From a virus: DNA of 64,000 nucleotides. Below are positions 39,232-47,259 of this stretch, piece by piece. Within the stretch, counting starts at the first letter, position 1; each line of letters opens with the position of its first letter. The translations under genes and the position numbers were made by a program. The notes under the pieces were generated by a model, which saw nothing but the letters and a program-made list of their open reading frames with translations, was not told where the DNA came from and made no database searches. The stretch is from IMG/VR virus record IMGVR_UViG_3300025137_005002, positions 12,479 to 76,478 of that record. One strand, written 5' to 3'.

Positions 39232-39911
39232 TAATAATTAATGCACCAATGGGAGCAAAAGGTCATCAAATAGGTAGACTTCTTGCTAGTTGTGATAATG
39301 TTGCTTGGTACAATACTGAAGCAAATGGCGAACACCCGTGGATGCCTTATAAAGAGAATGCATTATACGGAACTGATAAGAATTTTACTATATATCACTG
39401 GAATAGACGCTTTAAAGACGGTTTAACTGTTCCCCCTGTACTTGATATGGCAGAACGTCAAGGGCTTTGTACGGGCAAATATGACGCTCTAAAAGGCCCA
39501 ATTGAGCAGGTTCAACCCAAGCATTTACTGTATACACTCCATGGTGCCTTAGATAAATCTAAAGCATTCTTTGAAGGTGCAAAACATATAGTAGTCATAC
39601 CAAAAGACATGGCTAGATTACTTGCTAGGTACTGTCAAACAAGTGCCAAGTATTATGTGAATCCTGAGAATCCAGATAAAACATTCTTTGATTTATATGA
39701 GGGAAAGTATATGAATATACTAGAACATCTGGAGAGATGTGTAGATAACTATAGCCGATTTGCTAGTGAGGAAGATGTTATTGTATCTGATCCTGATAAG
39801 TTATTCATAGAAGATAACTTTAAAATGGTTTGTGATAAATTTGAATTAACATTTAATAAAGAAAATTACGATAAAGTTATTAGTTTTATTCAAAACCCAA
39901 TGTCGCAATAA
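39228..39911 (+). CDS. Hypothetical protein, P-loop/sulfotransferase-like N-terminus
   Basis: IIINAPMGAKGHQIGRLL strand-loop-helix. Confidence 0.5.
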   Translation: MIIINAPMGAKGHQIGRLLASCDNVAWYNTEANGEHPWMPYKENALYGTDKNFTIYHWNRRFKDGLTVPPVLDMAERQGLCTGKYDALKGPIEQVQPKHLLYTLHGALDKSKAFFEGAKHIVVIPKDMARLLARYCQTSAKYYVNPENPDKTFFDLYEGKYMNILEHLERCVDNYSRFASEEDVIVSDPDKLFIEDNFKMVCDKFELTFNKENYDKVISFIQNPMSQ

Positions 39912-40623
39912 ATGTATCTAGTTTTTGATTTTTTACTGTATAAGAATATGAGTCTTCATTCTTACCTTCGAGTATATCTCTATTAGCATTAATAGGAACC
40001 CCTTCGATCATACGAATATACTTTAGTATCATTTGGTCTTCGGTGTCAACACCCCAAACGTTTTTCCAATATCCTTCATTACATATATTCATAGTTAATT
40101 TGTTTTCATGAATGAACATTAGATTATGTCTATTCTCATGAGCCATTTCTTTTATCATTGTTTCGCGATTAGTATATGCTTCTTTGTATCTTGGGTAAGG
40201 TATATCAAATCCACCTGCACCAAACCAACCTTCTTCACAGTTTTCATTTGATCTATAAACAATTACATACTTACTGTTTGGAAACATCTTATAAATTTTA
40301 GGTAAGTCAATACTAAATTGATGACACTTAATAATTTTATATCCGTTATTCTGTGTTATCCATGCACTATCTATTTCTTTAAATATTTCTTCTTTAGAAA
40401 GTTTATCAAGTTTATTAAAGTTATCTCCCCAAGGAAACCCTGGACCAAAATATGATCCTCTATGTGGTATTATATCTGGATCATTAAAGTGTGCATACTG
40501 TCTATCATCAGCATAGTCTCCAGTATCAAATAGATACTTTTTAGATTGTGCCATTACATGAGCAACTGCACTCCATTTACTTCCAGGGGCACCTGTGAAA
40601 AATACTAACTTACTTTCGTCCAT
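39886..40623 (-). CDS. P-loop sulfotransferase/kinase-like protein
   Basis: VFFTGAPGSKWS, IIKCH, VIVYR; paralog of 41011-41880. Confidence 0.6.
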   Translation of the reverse strand: MDESKLVFFTGAPGSKWSAVAHVMAQSKKYLFDTGDYADDRQYAHFNDPDIIPHRGSYFGPGFPWGDNFNKLDKLSKEEIFKEIDSAWITQNNGYKIIKCHQFSIDLPKIYKMFPNSKYVIVYRSNENCEEGWFGAGGFDIPYPRYKEAYTNRETMIKEMAHENRHNLMFIHENKLTMNICNEGYWKNVWGVDTEDQMILKYIRMIEGVPINANRDILEGKNEDSYSYTVKNQKLDTFIATLGFE

Positions 40624-41009
40624 TACCTGTGCATTCCGTTTTTATTTTGATAATTTAATATTGCTGACTTAATGGCATCTTCTGCCAATACACTACAGTG
40701 AATCTTTACTGGAGGTAGTGCAAGTTCTTCTACAATGTCCATATTTTTAACTGCCTTTGCTTCTCCTAGTGTCATACCTTTAACCATTTCAGTTACAAGA
40801 CTGCTACTAGCAATCGCACTTCCACAACCGTATGTTTTAAAACAAGCATCTTCAATGACATCATCTATTACTTTTATTTGCAATCGCATAACATCTCCAC
40901 AAGCAGGAGCACCTACCATTCCAGTTCCTACACTAGAATCGTCCGTATCCATCTTGCCTACATTACGAGGATTTTCGTAATGGTCTAAAACCTTTTTACT
41001 ATAAGCCAT
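40623..41009 (-). CDS. iscU: Fe-S cluster scaffold IscU
   Basis: MAYSKKVLDHYENPRNVG, GAPACGDVM, FKTYGCGSAIASSS, LPPVKIHCSVLAEDAI. Confidence 0.97.
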   Translation of the reverse strand: MAYSKKVLDHYENPRNVGKMDTDDSSVGTGMVGAPACGDVMRLQIKVIDDVIEDACFKTYGCGSAIASSSLVTEMVKGMTLGEAKAVKNMDIVEELALPPVKIHCSVLAEDAIKSAILNYQNKNGMHR

Positions 41010-41010
41010 T

Positions 41011-41880
41011 TTATTTTCGTCCGTATTTGTTAATAACTTTAACTGTAGAATCAATTAAACTCTGTGGGATAATCTGATTGGTATAAGTTGTCTCTGGGTT
41101 ATATATCATTGCCATGTTGGCTTTACTTCTGTCATCGAGCATATGTTTTGTATATGCATCTCTACCTTCTTGAGTATCTAAATCCCATGAACCATCACCT
41201 AGTTGTTCTGCTAGTGTTTGAATCTTAGGATCTCTGTCCCATACATCTTTGTAACTTACTTCTGTAGGATCTAATCCTAATGCTTCGTGTACTTGAGCAA
41301 GAGTATTGTATCTTAAAAATGGAACACCTAACTCTGCCGCAAACTTAATTGAATTAGCATTTTCTATTTTAATTTGTTTAAGCATTTTTTCATTTGTTTC
41401 ATACCAATCGTAATGCGGATACTCAATATCAAATCCACCTACAACTTGCCACCATTCTAAACATAGTTGGTCTGGTAAGTAGTATGCAATAATTCTAGCC
41501 TTAGGAAAACATTTATGTAAATGTTCTAGCCCGTATGCAAACCAATGACTTTTAATAATTTTAATACCATTATCCCAATCACTGAATGCTTGTTTAAATT
41601 CTGTTAGTAGTGCTTCTTTAGACCAGTTTTCCAAATAGTCAAATGTTCTTCCAAATTCGTGGCAAGGTCCAAAGTATACTCCACGATGCCAGCCTATGCC
41701 TGCTTTCTTACCATCTTCATATGAAGCAGTACGTTCGTATGAACGTGTTTCTGTTTGGTCTGAAAGGTTTATACTTGGGTGACTTGTTATCGATTGGATA
41801 CTTGCACTCCATCTTGTTCCAGGAGCACCTGTAATTAATATTAGATCTTCGCCTTGATAGTTATCTATTCCACTCTGCAT
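41011..41880 (-). CDS. P-loop sulfotransferase/kinase-like protein
   Basis: ILITGAPGTRWS, HRGVYFGP, IIKSH, GGFDIEYP. Confidence 0.6.
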   Translation of the reverse strand: MQSGIDNYQGEDLILITGAPGTRWSASIQSITSHPSINLSDQTETRSYERTASYEDGKKAGIGWHRGVYFGPCHEFGRTFDYLENWSKEALLTEFKQAFSDWDNGIKIIKSHWFAYGLEHLHKCFPKARIIAYYLPDQLCLEWWQVVGGFDIEYPHYDWYETNEKMLKQIKIENANSIKFAAELGVPFLRYNTLAQVHEALGLDPTEVSYKDVWDRDPKIQTLAEQLGDGSWDLDTQEGRDAYTKHMLDDRSKANMAMIYNPETTYTNQIIPQSLIDSTVKVINKYGRK

Positions 41881-42388
41881 AAATTCTAACCTTATCTTTG
41901 TCTGGTATCTCAGTACCAAGTTCTACTAGTTTAAATCCATAGTCTTTACAAAACGTTTCATGATACTGTTCACTCCAATTAAAGAAGTTAACTTTGTGTG
42001 TGTTTGGGTTCCCATGGTCAAAACGCCCTGGGTTACAACGCCAAAATATTTTACATGAAGGTTTCATATGTGTAATAACTTTTTCAATTTGTGTACGAAT
42101 TTTTGCTTCGTCACCAAAGTTAATACTACCTAAACAAAATGCTACATCAAATAGTCTATCTGTTTCAAAGTCTTCAATAGTTGTAACAATGTCTGCTTTA
42201 TCATTTGCAGGATCAACTCCTACTAAATTTTTTATGTGTCCTTTAAAAGGATTATGTCCACAGCCAACATCTAATACCCAATCTCTTTTACGAAGTTTGT
42301 GTACAAGATCCATACCTGACAAAGCATACTTGTCCATTTCAGGTTGCCATTCTGTAGAAAAATATTTGTTAAGTTCTTGCTGGTTCAT
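41861..42388 (-). CDS. Class I SAM-dependent methyltransferase
   Basis: VLDVGCG, GVDP, FDVAFCLGSINF. Confidence 0.85.
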   Translation of the reverse strand: MNQQELNKYFSTEWQPEMDKYALSGMDLVHKLRKRDWVLDVGCGHNPFKGHIKNLVGVDPANDKADIVTTIEDFETDRLFDVAFCLGSINFGDEAKIRTQIEKVITHMKPSCKIFWRCNPGRFDHGNPNTHKVNFFNWSEQYHETFCKDYGFKLVELGTEIPDKDKVRIYAEWNR

Positions 42389-42389
42389 A

Positions 42390-43079
42390 TTATATATTTA
42401 TTTCTTTAATGAGTGGAAAGATATTTGCAATAACTTTGGCACAAGCATGAGCAATATCCATATGTTCTTTTTGTGTACCATTGGCGCCACGTAACTCGAT
42501 ATAATGAACCCACGAACGTAATGATCCATTCATATACAATGTAGTCTTTGTAATACCTTCGGGTAAAACTTTACGAGCTTGTTCTTTTGCAATACCTTTT
42601 TTAATTGCCCAGTCATATTCTTTTTTAGCCAAGACAGCAATACGTCTTTGAGCCCAGTCCCACTCTTGTTGTAGTTTTGGGTCTTCAACTTCAATACTAT
42701 TTTGTCTATTCTTAGGGTCTTGTAAACGTGCTTCACTGTATTCAAACATTTCTGTTTGGTCATTTGGATCAGCATATCTCTGACTGAACTCTTGAAAAGC
42801 AAAACTGCGATGTCTTACTATCTGATGAGCAATATCTCTAGTAGTATGTATTTCTAAACAAGCACTCACCATCTCTAATGGAGACCAATGTTTGTGCTTA
42901 ATTAAGTATTTGATAAGTTTTTCGTTAGTTTCCTTATTCATTTGATTGCTAGGATTACTAACCCTGGCACAAAAGGCTATAAGGTCCTGTACAGATTCTA
43001 AATGAGTACCTTTGCCTTCATCGGACAAGTGTACCATTGTATCAGCCTGACTATAACTTATGAGTTTAACGTTATCCAT
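42390..43079 (-). CDS. thyX: Flavin-dependent thymidylate synthase ThyX
   Basis: ARVS, HWSPLE, QIVRHRSFAFQEFSQRY, EQARKVLP, RSW.HYIELR, TQKEH. Confidence 0.96.
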   Translation of the reverse strand: MDNVKLISYSQADTMVHLSDEGKGTHLESVQDLIAFCARVSNPSNQMNKETNEKLIKYLIKHKHWSPLEMVSACLEIHTTRDIAHQIVRHRSFAFQEFSQRYADPNDQTEMFEYSEARLQDPKNRQNSIEVEDPKLQQEWDWAQRRIAVLAKKEYDWAIKKGIAKEQARKVLPEGITKTTLYMNGSLRSWVHYIELRGANGTQKEHMDIAHACAKVIANIFPLIKEINI

Positions 43080-43398
43080 TATTAATCTTTCCCAATGTTT
43101 GCTCAGTTGCTTCTGAAACAACATCCGCGGTTTTCCCTACGTCGATATGCCAATCGACAAATCGAATCTTTCCTTCAATTTTGTCTAGTTTTTCGTCTAG
43201 GGATCTTTCTAATCGGCTATAGTTAAGATTGTTTTGTTCAACAAGTTCTTTAACATTAACGTCAATAGATTTACCATCTTTAAGATGGATTACGAGCCGG
43301 TCAACATACTCCATAGGAATGTCTTTGTATTCGACTTCCTGAAATAAATCTTCCCAATGAGATAAAATTTGTGATAACCAAATTTGTGAATTGGTCAA
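43072..43398 (-). CDS. Hypothetical protein
   Basis: GGAGG RBS before TTG; coupled to thyX. Confidence 0.65.
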   Translation of the reverse strand: MTNSQIWLSQILSHWEDLFQEVEYKDIPMEYVDRLVIHLKDGKSIDVNVKELVEQNNLNYSRLERSLDEKLDKIEGKIRFVDWHIDVGKTADVVSEATEQTLGKINNG

Positions 43399-43409
43399 CT
43401 ATCCCTCCA

Positions 43410-43961
43410 CTACACTGTAGAATCAGTTGTCTCTACTTTCGCAGGACGACCTCTTCCTCTTTTCTGTAATGGATGCAATTCGTCTGCTTCTTTAATTAGA
43501 CGATCTGCTTCTTTCTTCATTGTTGATGCTTGATTTCTCAAACTAGTTGCAATCTGTTCATCAGATAATGCCGCCGTCGAACTTGGTGCTGTCGGACTTG
43601 CTCCAACTGTTACTGCCGGTTGTGGGATTTCTCCAATAGCAAGGTTAACTTGATTTAAAGGAACCTTAGTTCTAGCATTAGGTGTTAAATGAATTTCTGT
43701 TGTTGGAACTTTTACTAAAAGATTACCAACATGGATTGTATTAAGTAAACCTTCACCTGTTTCAGTTTTAAATCTACTTGCCGCGTCAGCCAAAGTGTCA
43801 ACACTTTCAGCATCTGCCGTTCCTAGACATTCATTGATTGCTTTTCTAGGTACTGCTGGTAACGAATCGATATATGCTACCAAACAATTTTGAGGTTCGC
43901 CTGGAACCTGTCTAAACATTACGGCAACTTTACGGTCACCATGTAAACCAATATGTTTCAT
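43410..43961 (-). CDS. Hypothetical protein with C-terminal AT-hook-like motif
   Basis: KRGRGRPAK near the C-terminus; AGGAG RBS. Confidence 0.75.
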   Translation of the reverse strand: MKHIGLHGDRKVAVMFRQVPGEPQNCLVAYIDSLPAVPRKAINECLGTADAESVDTLADAASRFKTETGEGLLNTIHVGNLLVKVPTTEIHLTPNARTKVPLNQVNLAIGEIPQPAVTVGASPTAPSSTAALSDEQIATSLRNQASTMKKEADRLIKEADELHPLQKRGRGRPAKVETTDSTV

Positions 43962-43976
43962 TGATTACTCCTTTGA

Positions 43977-44384
43977 TTAATTTGATTCTGTACTAGCACT
44001 ATCTTCAGTTGCTGGTGCAGTTTCGTTAGTTTCTACTGCTGGTGCTTCATCGCCCTCGGCAGGTTTATCAACTGCATCACCTTTTGGTATTGCTCCTGTT
44101 GATACTAGAAAATTAACTAGATTTGTATATGTTTCGCCTACAGTTTTTAATTCTTCTGCTTTAAAGGCTCCACGTTGAGTACAGATTTGAACAATTTGTA
44201 CCATCTTTTTTAGGTCACCAACTGATAGTCCTGGTTGAGGTGGTAAACCTTCTGCAGGTGGTACCATAGGTGTTCCTTCAGGTGTCTTTGGTGCTGGCAT
44301 CTTAATACCAGTACTTCCAGTACCTGTTGTCGCATCAACTGGATGTGACGTATGTTTCGCTTTTCTTACCATTGTTTTCTCCAT
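43977..44384 (-). CDS. Hypothetical protein (low-complexity flanks)
   Basis: Core LSVGDL..IVQICTQRGAFKAEEL..VG.TY; TAAATA box upstream. Confidence 0.7.
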   Translation of the reverse strand: MEKTMVRKAKHTSHPVDATTGTGSTGIKMPAPKTPEGTPMVPPAEGLPPQPGLSVGDLKKMVQIVQICTQRGAFKAEELKTVGETYTNLVNFLVSTGAIPKGDAVDKPAEGDEAPAVETNETAPATEDSASTESN

Positions 44385-44387
44385 TTG

Positions 44388-44420
44388 TATAAATAGTTAT
44401 ATACTACTATTATTATTTAT
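44388..44420. promoter_or_regulatory. Face-to-face late-type promoters
   Basis: TATAAATA on + (44388-44395) and ATAAATA on - (44414-44420) between divergent genes. Confidence 0.55.
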
Positions 44421-44437
44421 CATCACAGGAAAACCCC

Positions 44438-44983
44438 ATGAAGAAGTTGATTATTATTTGTACACTTTTGTTATCTAGTTTGTCTGCATATGCAGAAGAA
44501 CCTTATAACTTACTCAATCCGCCTAAAGTCGTTGAATTCAATGAACCCCAGGCAAAATACTTTTTTAATGTAGCAGGCGGTTGTGTATATCTTTACACAA
44601 TGCAATACAAACACGCCGCAGTGGCTAATTTAATAGACGGAAGTCAACCAAGTGCTGACTGGATGTCTAATGCTAGTGCTGAATCCAATGCTTGGATCAA
44701 TCTAGCAAAACTTACAGAAGTTATCCTAATTAAGAATTACGATGCTACTGCACAAGAAATTCTAGATTATAAACTAGGACAGTTTGCACAAATGAACGAA
44801 TATTTTGCTAGTACATTTATGTCTACACACCCGCAGGAGTTTTTTACTAAACTTCTAAGCTCTACAAGTTATTGTGTATTAAACCGAGAACCTATTATGA
44901 AGTTTTTACAACTTGCAAGTGAGCATGAAAGTAATAAGCCTAAGGATGTGCCAGAGGTTGATAAGCCAGTGAAAAGAATGTAG
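44438..44983 (+). CDS. Exported hypothetical protein
   Basis: Signal peptide MKKLIIICTLLLSSLSAYA; opposite strand to neighbours. Confidence 0.75.
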   Translation: MKKLIIICTLLLSSLSAYAEEPYNLLNPPKVVEFNEPQAKYFFNVAGGCVYLYTMQYKHAAVANLIDGSQPSADWMSNASAESNAWINLAKLTEVILIKNYDATAQEILDYKLGQFAQMNEYFASTFMSTHPQEFFTKLLSSTSYCVLNREPIMKFLQLASEHESNKPKDVPEVDKPVKRM

Positions 44984-45281
44984 ATTCTTCAGGAACTTCA
45001 AACCCAATAGTTACTTCAACATCGAAGCCGTGATAGTCGTTCCAGTCTTCCATATCATCTAATTCACCAAGTTTTGATGCTCGTTCCTTTTTTGAATACT
45101 CTGTAACTGTAAATCTGCCATCTAGGTTACTAAATATCCAATTCTTAATATGGTCAACTACTTCGTTATGTGTTTGACCCATATTCATATGATTAACTTC
45201 ATGTTTAATTTGTGTAAAGTGAGGAGGCATAATACTTACCTCTCTTTGATTAAGAACATTTAATGGATTAATATCTCTCAT
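44940..45281 (-). CDS. Hypothetical protein
   Basis: NPLNVL..WI..NL.GRF..IGFE.PEE..FF.L pattern. Confidence 0.7.
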   Translation of the reverse strand: MRDINPLNVLNQREVSIMPPHFTQIKHEVNHMNMGQTHNEVVDHIKNWIFSNLDGRFTVTEYSKKERASKLGELDDMEDWNDYHGFDVEVTIGFEVPEESTFFSLAYQPLAHP

Positions 45282-45448
45282 TTAATACTACCAATCATTA
45301 CTAATACACAAATATAAAAAAATGCAAAAGCAAAAACAGGTGCCGCATTTGAAATCTTCTTTGTAGTTTCTGGCTCAGGCGTTACATAATTCGAACCCAT
45401 ATAATCTCTATCCCAAGCATCTCTTCTTGTGTCTTTTTTATTACTCAT
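45278..45448 (-). CDS. Small membrane protein
   Basis: Start moved to ATG 45448; C-terminal TM segment. Confidence 0.55.
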   Translation of the reverse strand: MSNKKDTRRDAWDRDYMGSNYVTPEPETTKKISNAAPVFAFAFFYICVLVMIGSIK

Positions 45449-45576
45449 TAGTAACTCGCAAATACTACAAATACAATACAAGCAATAAAACCTGCAACCA
45501 AAACATGATTGCCAAGATTTAACCAACTAGTACCTACAGTACTTTTGTTCTTTGGATCTATAAATTTATTTTCCAT
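45448..45576 (-). CDS. Small membrane protein (42 aa)
   Basis: TAATG coupling on both sides. Confidence 0.55.
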   Translation of the reverse strand: MENKFIDPKNKSTVGTSWLNLGNHVLVAGFIACIVFVVFASY

Positions 45577-46880
45577 TATGCCGCTCTTTTTCTACTTTGT
45601 TCTTTTTGTTCATAGTAAGCATAAGTTCCAAATGGTGGAACAATATCATCACTACCATGAATAATAAACACTGTATCACAGTATAAATCATCACCCCAAC
45701 TACCAAACGGATATCCGTCTGTAAACATAATAAATTTCTTAGGCTCAATACCTTTTTCTTTCATATACTCCCAATTACATTCGAAGTCTGTACCTCCGCC
45801 TCCAACTGGAATATAGTCAATTAACTCTTCTCCGTTACTTGGATCAAAGTCTTGTTCAGCATAAACACTAGTATCAAAGCACCATACTTTAATATTGTAA
45901 TCTTCATATGCATCCATAATACCTTTTATTTCACTTAAAAAGTCTCTTGCCATTTTGTTACTAATACTACCTGACATATCAAGAGCAATACAAACATCAA
46001 TCTTTTCATCATTGTTCATACCAGGTAATACTGCGTCCATGTGCCACGAACGTCTGTTAATCTTTTGAAAAGTAAAGTCACTCTTAATAGTGCTTTCAAT
46101 TTGTTGTTGAAGTAATGTTCTCCAATCCATTTTAGGTTGTGTCCATTGCTCAATAAGTCTTTTAACACCTGCAGGCAAATTACCAGAACCAGCACTTTGA
46201 GCCGCACCCATTACAGCCGCTTTCATTTCTTCTTTAATTTGTCTCTTCTCTTCTTCTGAAAGTCTAGGGCGTCCACTGTTTTTACCTTTAGAACTATCGT
46301 CGCCCTCGCCTTCATTGGCTTTTCCACTTCCAGAATCATCTTCTAAATGGTCATCAAGTACTTTATCTAATAGAGAATCAATATCAATTTTATCTGCATT
46401 CTCATATAAGTCGTCGTACACTTCTTCAAATGCCCAACCATAATATTTTCTGTCGTGTATCATATCTACAGTTGTAATAGGTTCACCTACAGTATTTTGT
46501 ATTAGGTCACCATTTACACAATAGTCAGCGGCAATATTTGCCAAATTTTTATCTCTGCCAGGGAACCTTCCCATATGGTCATAAACTACATGAAGTACTT
46601 CATGCCCAAACAAGAACATAGTTTCACCTACACTCAATGCATTTACGAATTTTGTATTGTAATAGAAACGTCTACCATCAGTTGCCGCGGTTGGCAACCA
46701 TTCATCAGCATTAATAAGTTCAAGCCTTGTTGCTAATGTACCAAAAAATGGATGTTTAATAAGTAGGCTAACTCTAGCCTGGATTAGTTTTTCCTTAACT
46801 ATTTTATCTAGTTCAGGATCAGTTTCAAATCCAACTTCACACTTGAATTTGTTACCTGTTTTATTTGTTTGAAACGACAT
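45576..46880 (-). CDS. DUF2201-type metallopeptidase-like + vWA domain protein
   Basis: TAATDG, HEVLH, NIAAD, DMSGS MIDAS, GGGGTDF, FTDGY. Confidence 0.9.
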   Translation of the reverse strand: MSFQTNKTGNKFKCEVGFETDPELDKIVKEKLIQARVSLLIKHPFFGTLATRLELINADEWLPTAATDGRRFYYNTKFVNALSVGETMFLFGHEVLHVVYDHMGRFPGRDKNLANIAADYCVNGDLIQNTVGEPITTVDMIHDRKYYGWAFEEVYDDLYENADKIDIDSLLDKVLDDHLEDDSGSGKANEGEGDDSSKGKNSGRPRLSEEEKRQIKEEMKAAVMGAAQSAGSGNLPAGVKRLIEQWTQPKMDWRTLLQQQIESTIKSDFTFQKINRRSWHMDAVLPGMNNDEKIDVCIALDMSGSISNKMARDFLSEIKGIMDAYEDYNIKVWCFDTSVYAEQDFDPSNGEELIDYIPVGGGGTDFECNWEYMKEKGIEPKKFIMFTDGYPFGSWGDDLYCDTVFIIHGSDDIVPPFGTYAYYEQKEQSRKRAA

Positions 46881-46910
46881 TTAATACCTCTTTTTTTAAC
46901 TTACTATTAT

Positions 46911-46938
46911 ATAATAGCATCTTTACAGTATTTGTCAA
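46911..46938 (-). promoter_or_regulatory. Sigma70-like early promoter
   Basis: GTTGACA-N16-TATTAT. Confidence 0.75.
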
Positions 46939-46941
46939 CTA

Positions 46942-47196
46942 TTAATTCAGTGTTCTTTTACCGAATCTATTAGCCAAATGGGGAAAATCTTCTTCGAATT
47001 CTTGCGAAATTGCTTCTTCCATACCTGATTCTGCCATTGCTAAAACCTGTTTAATTGTATGGTTAACTCTACTATTATCCCTTGGCATTAGAACGGTTTT
47101 TAAATCACCATTTGGAGTTATTACTAATACCCAATCGTCGTCTTTGACTGACTTCATTAAGACTTCTAAATCTTTTTTAATGTCTGGTTTCTTCAT
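46942..47196 (-). CDS. Hypothetical protein
   Basis: TAAATA box 5 nt before ATG 47196. Confidence 0.65.
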   Translation of the reverse strand: MKKPDIKKDLEVLMKSVKDDDWVLVITPNGDLKTVLMPRDNSRVNHTIKQVLAMAESGMEEAISQEFEEDFPHLANRFGKRTLN

Positions 47197-47209
47197 AATA
47201 GTATTTACC

Positions 47210-47239
47210 AAAAAAGTGGGAGGGCTTTTACACCCTCCC
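47210..47239 (-). terminator. Rho-independent terminator
   Basis: GGGAGGGT-GTAAAA-GCCCTCCC followed by ACTTTTTT after the AAA gene. Confidence 0.85.
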
Positions 47240-47259
47240 TAATATACCTAGCAGGAGAA

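Noticed and set aside
1-41009. Bacterial chromosomal O-antigen or antibiotic cluster
   Set aside because: No wzx/wzy, transporters, regulators or resistance genes; interspersed tiny ORFs and phage-type promoters; contiguous with rnh/thyX phage genes.
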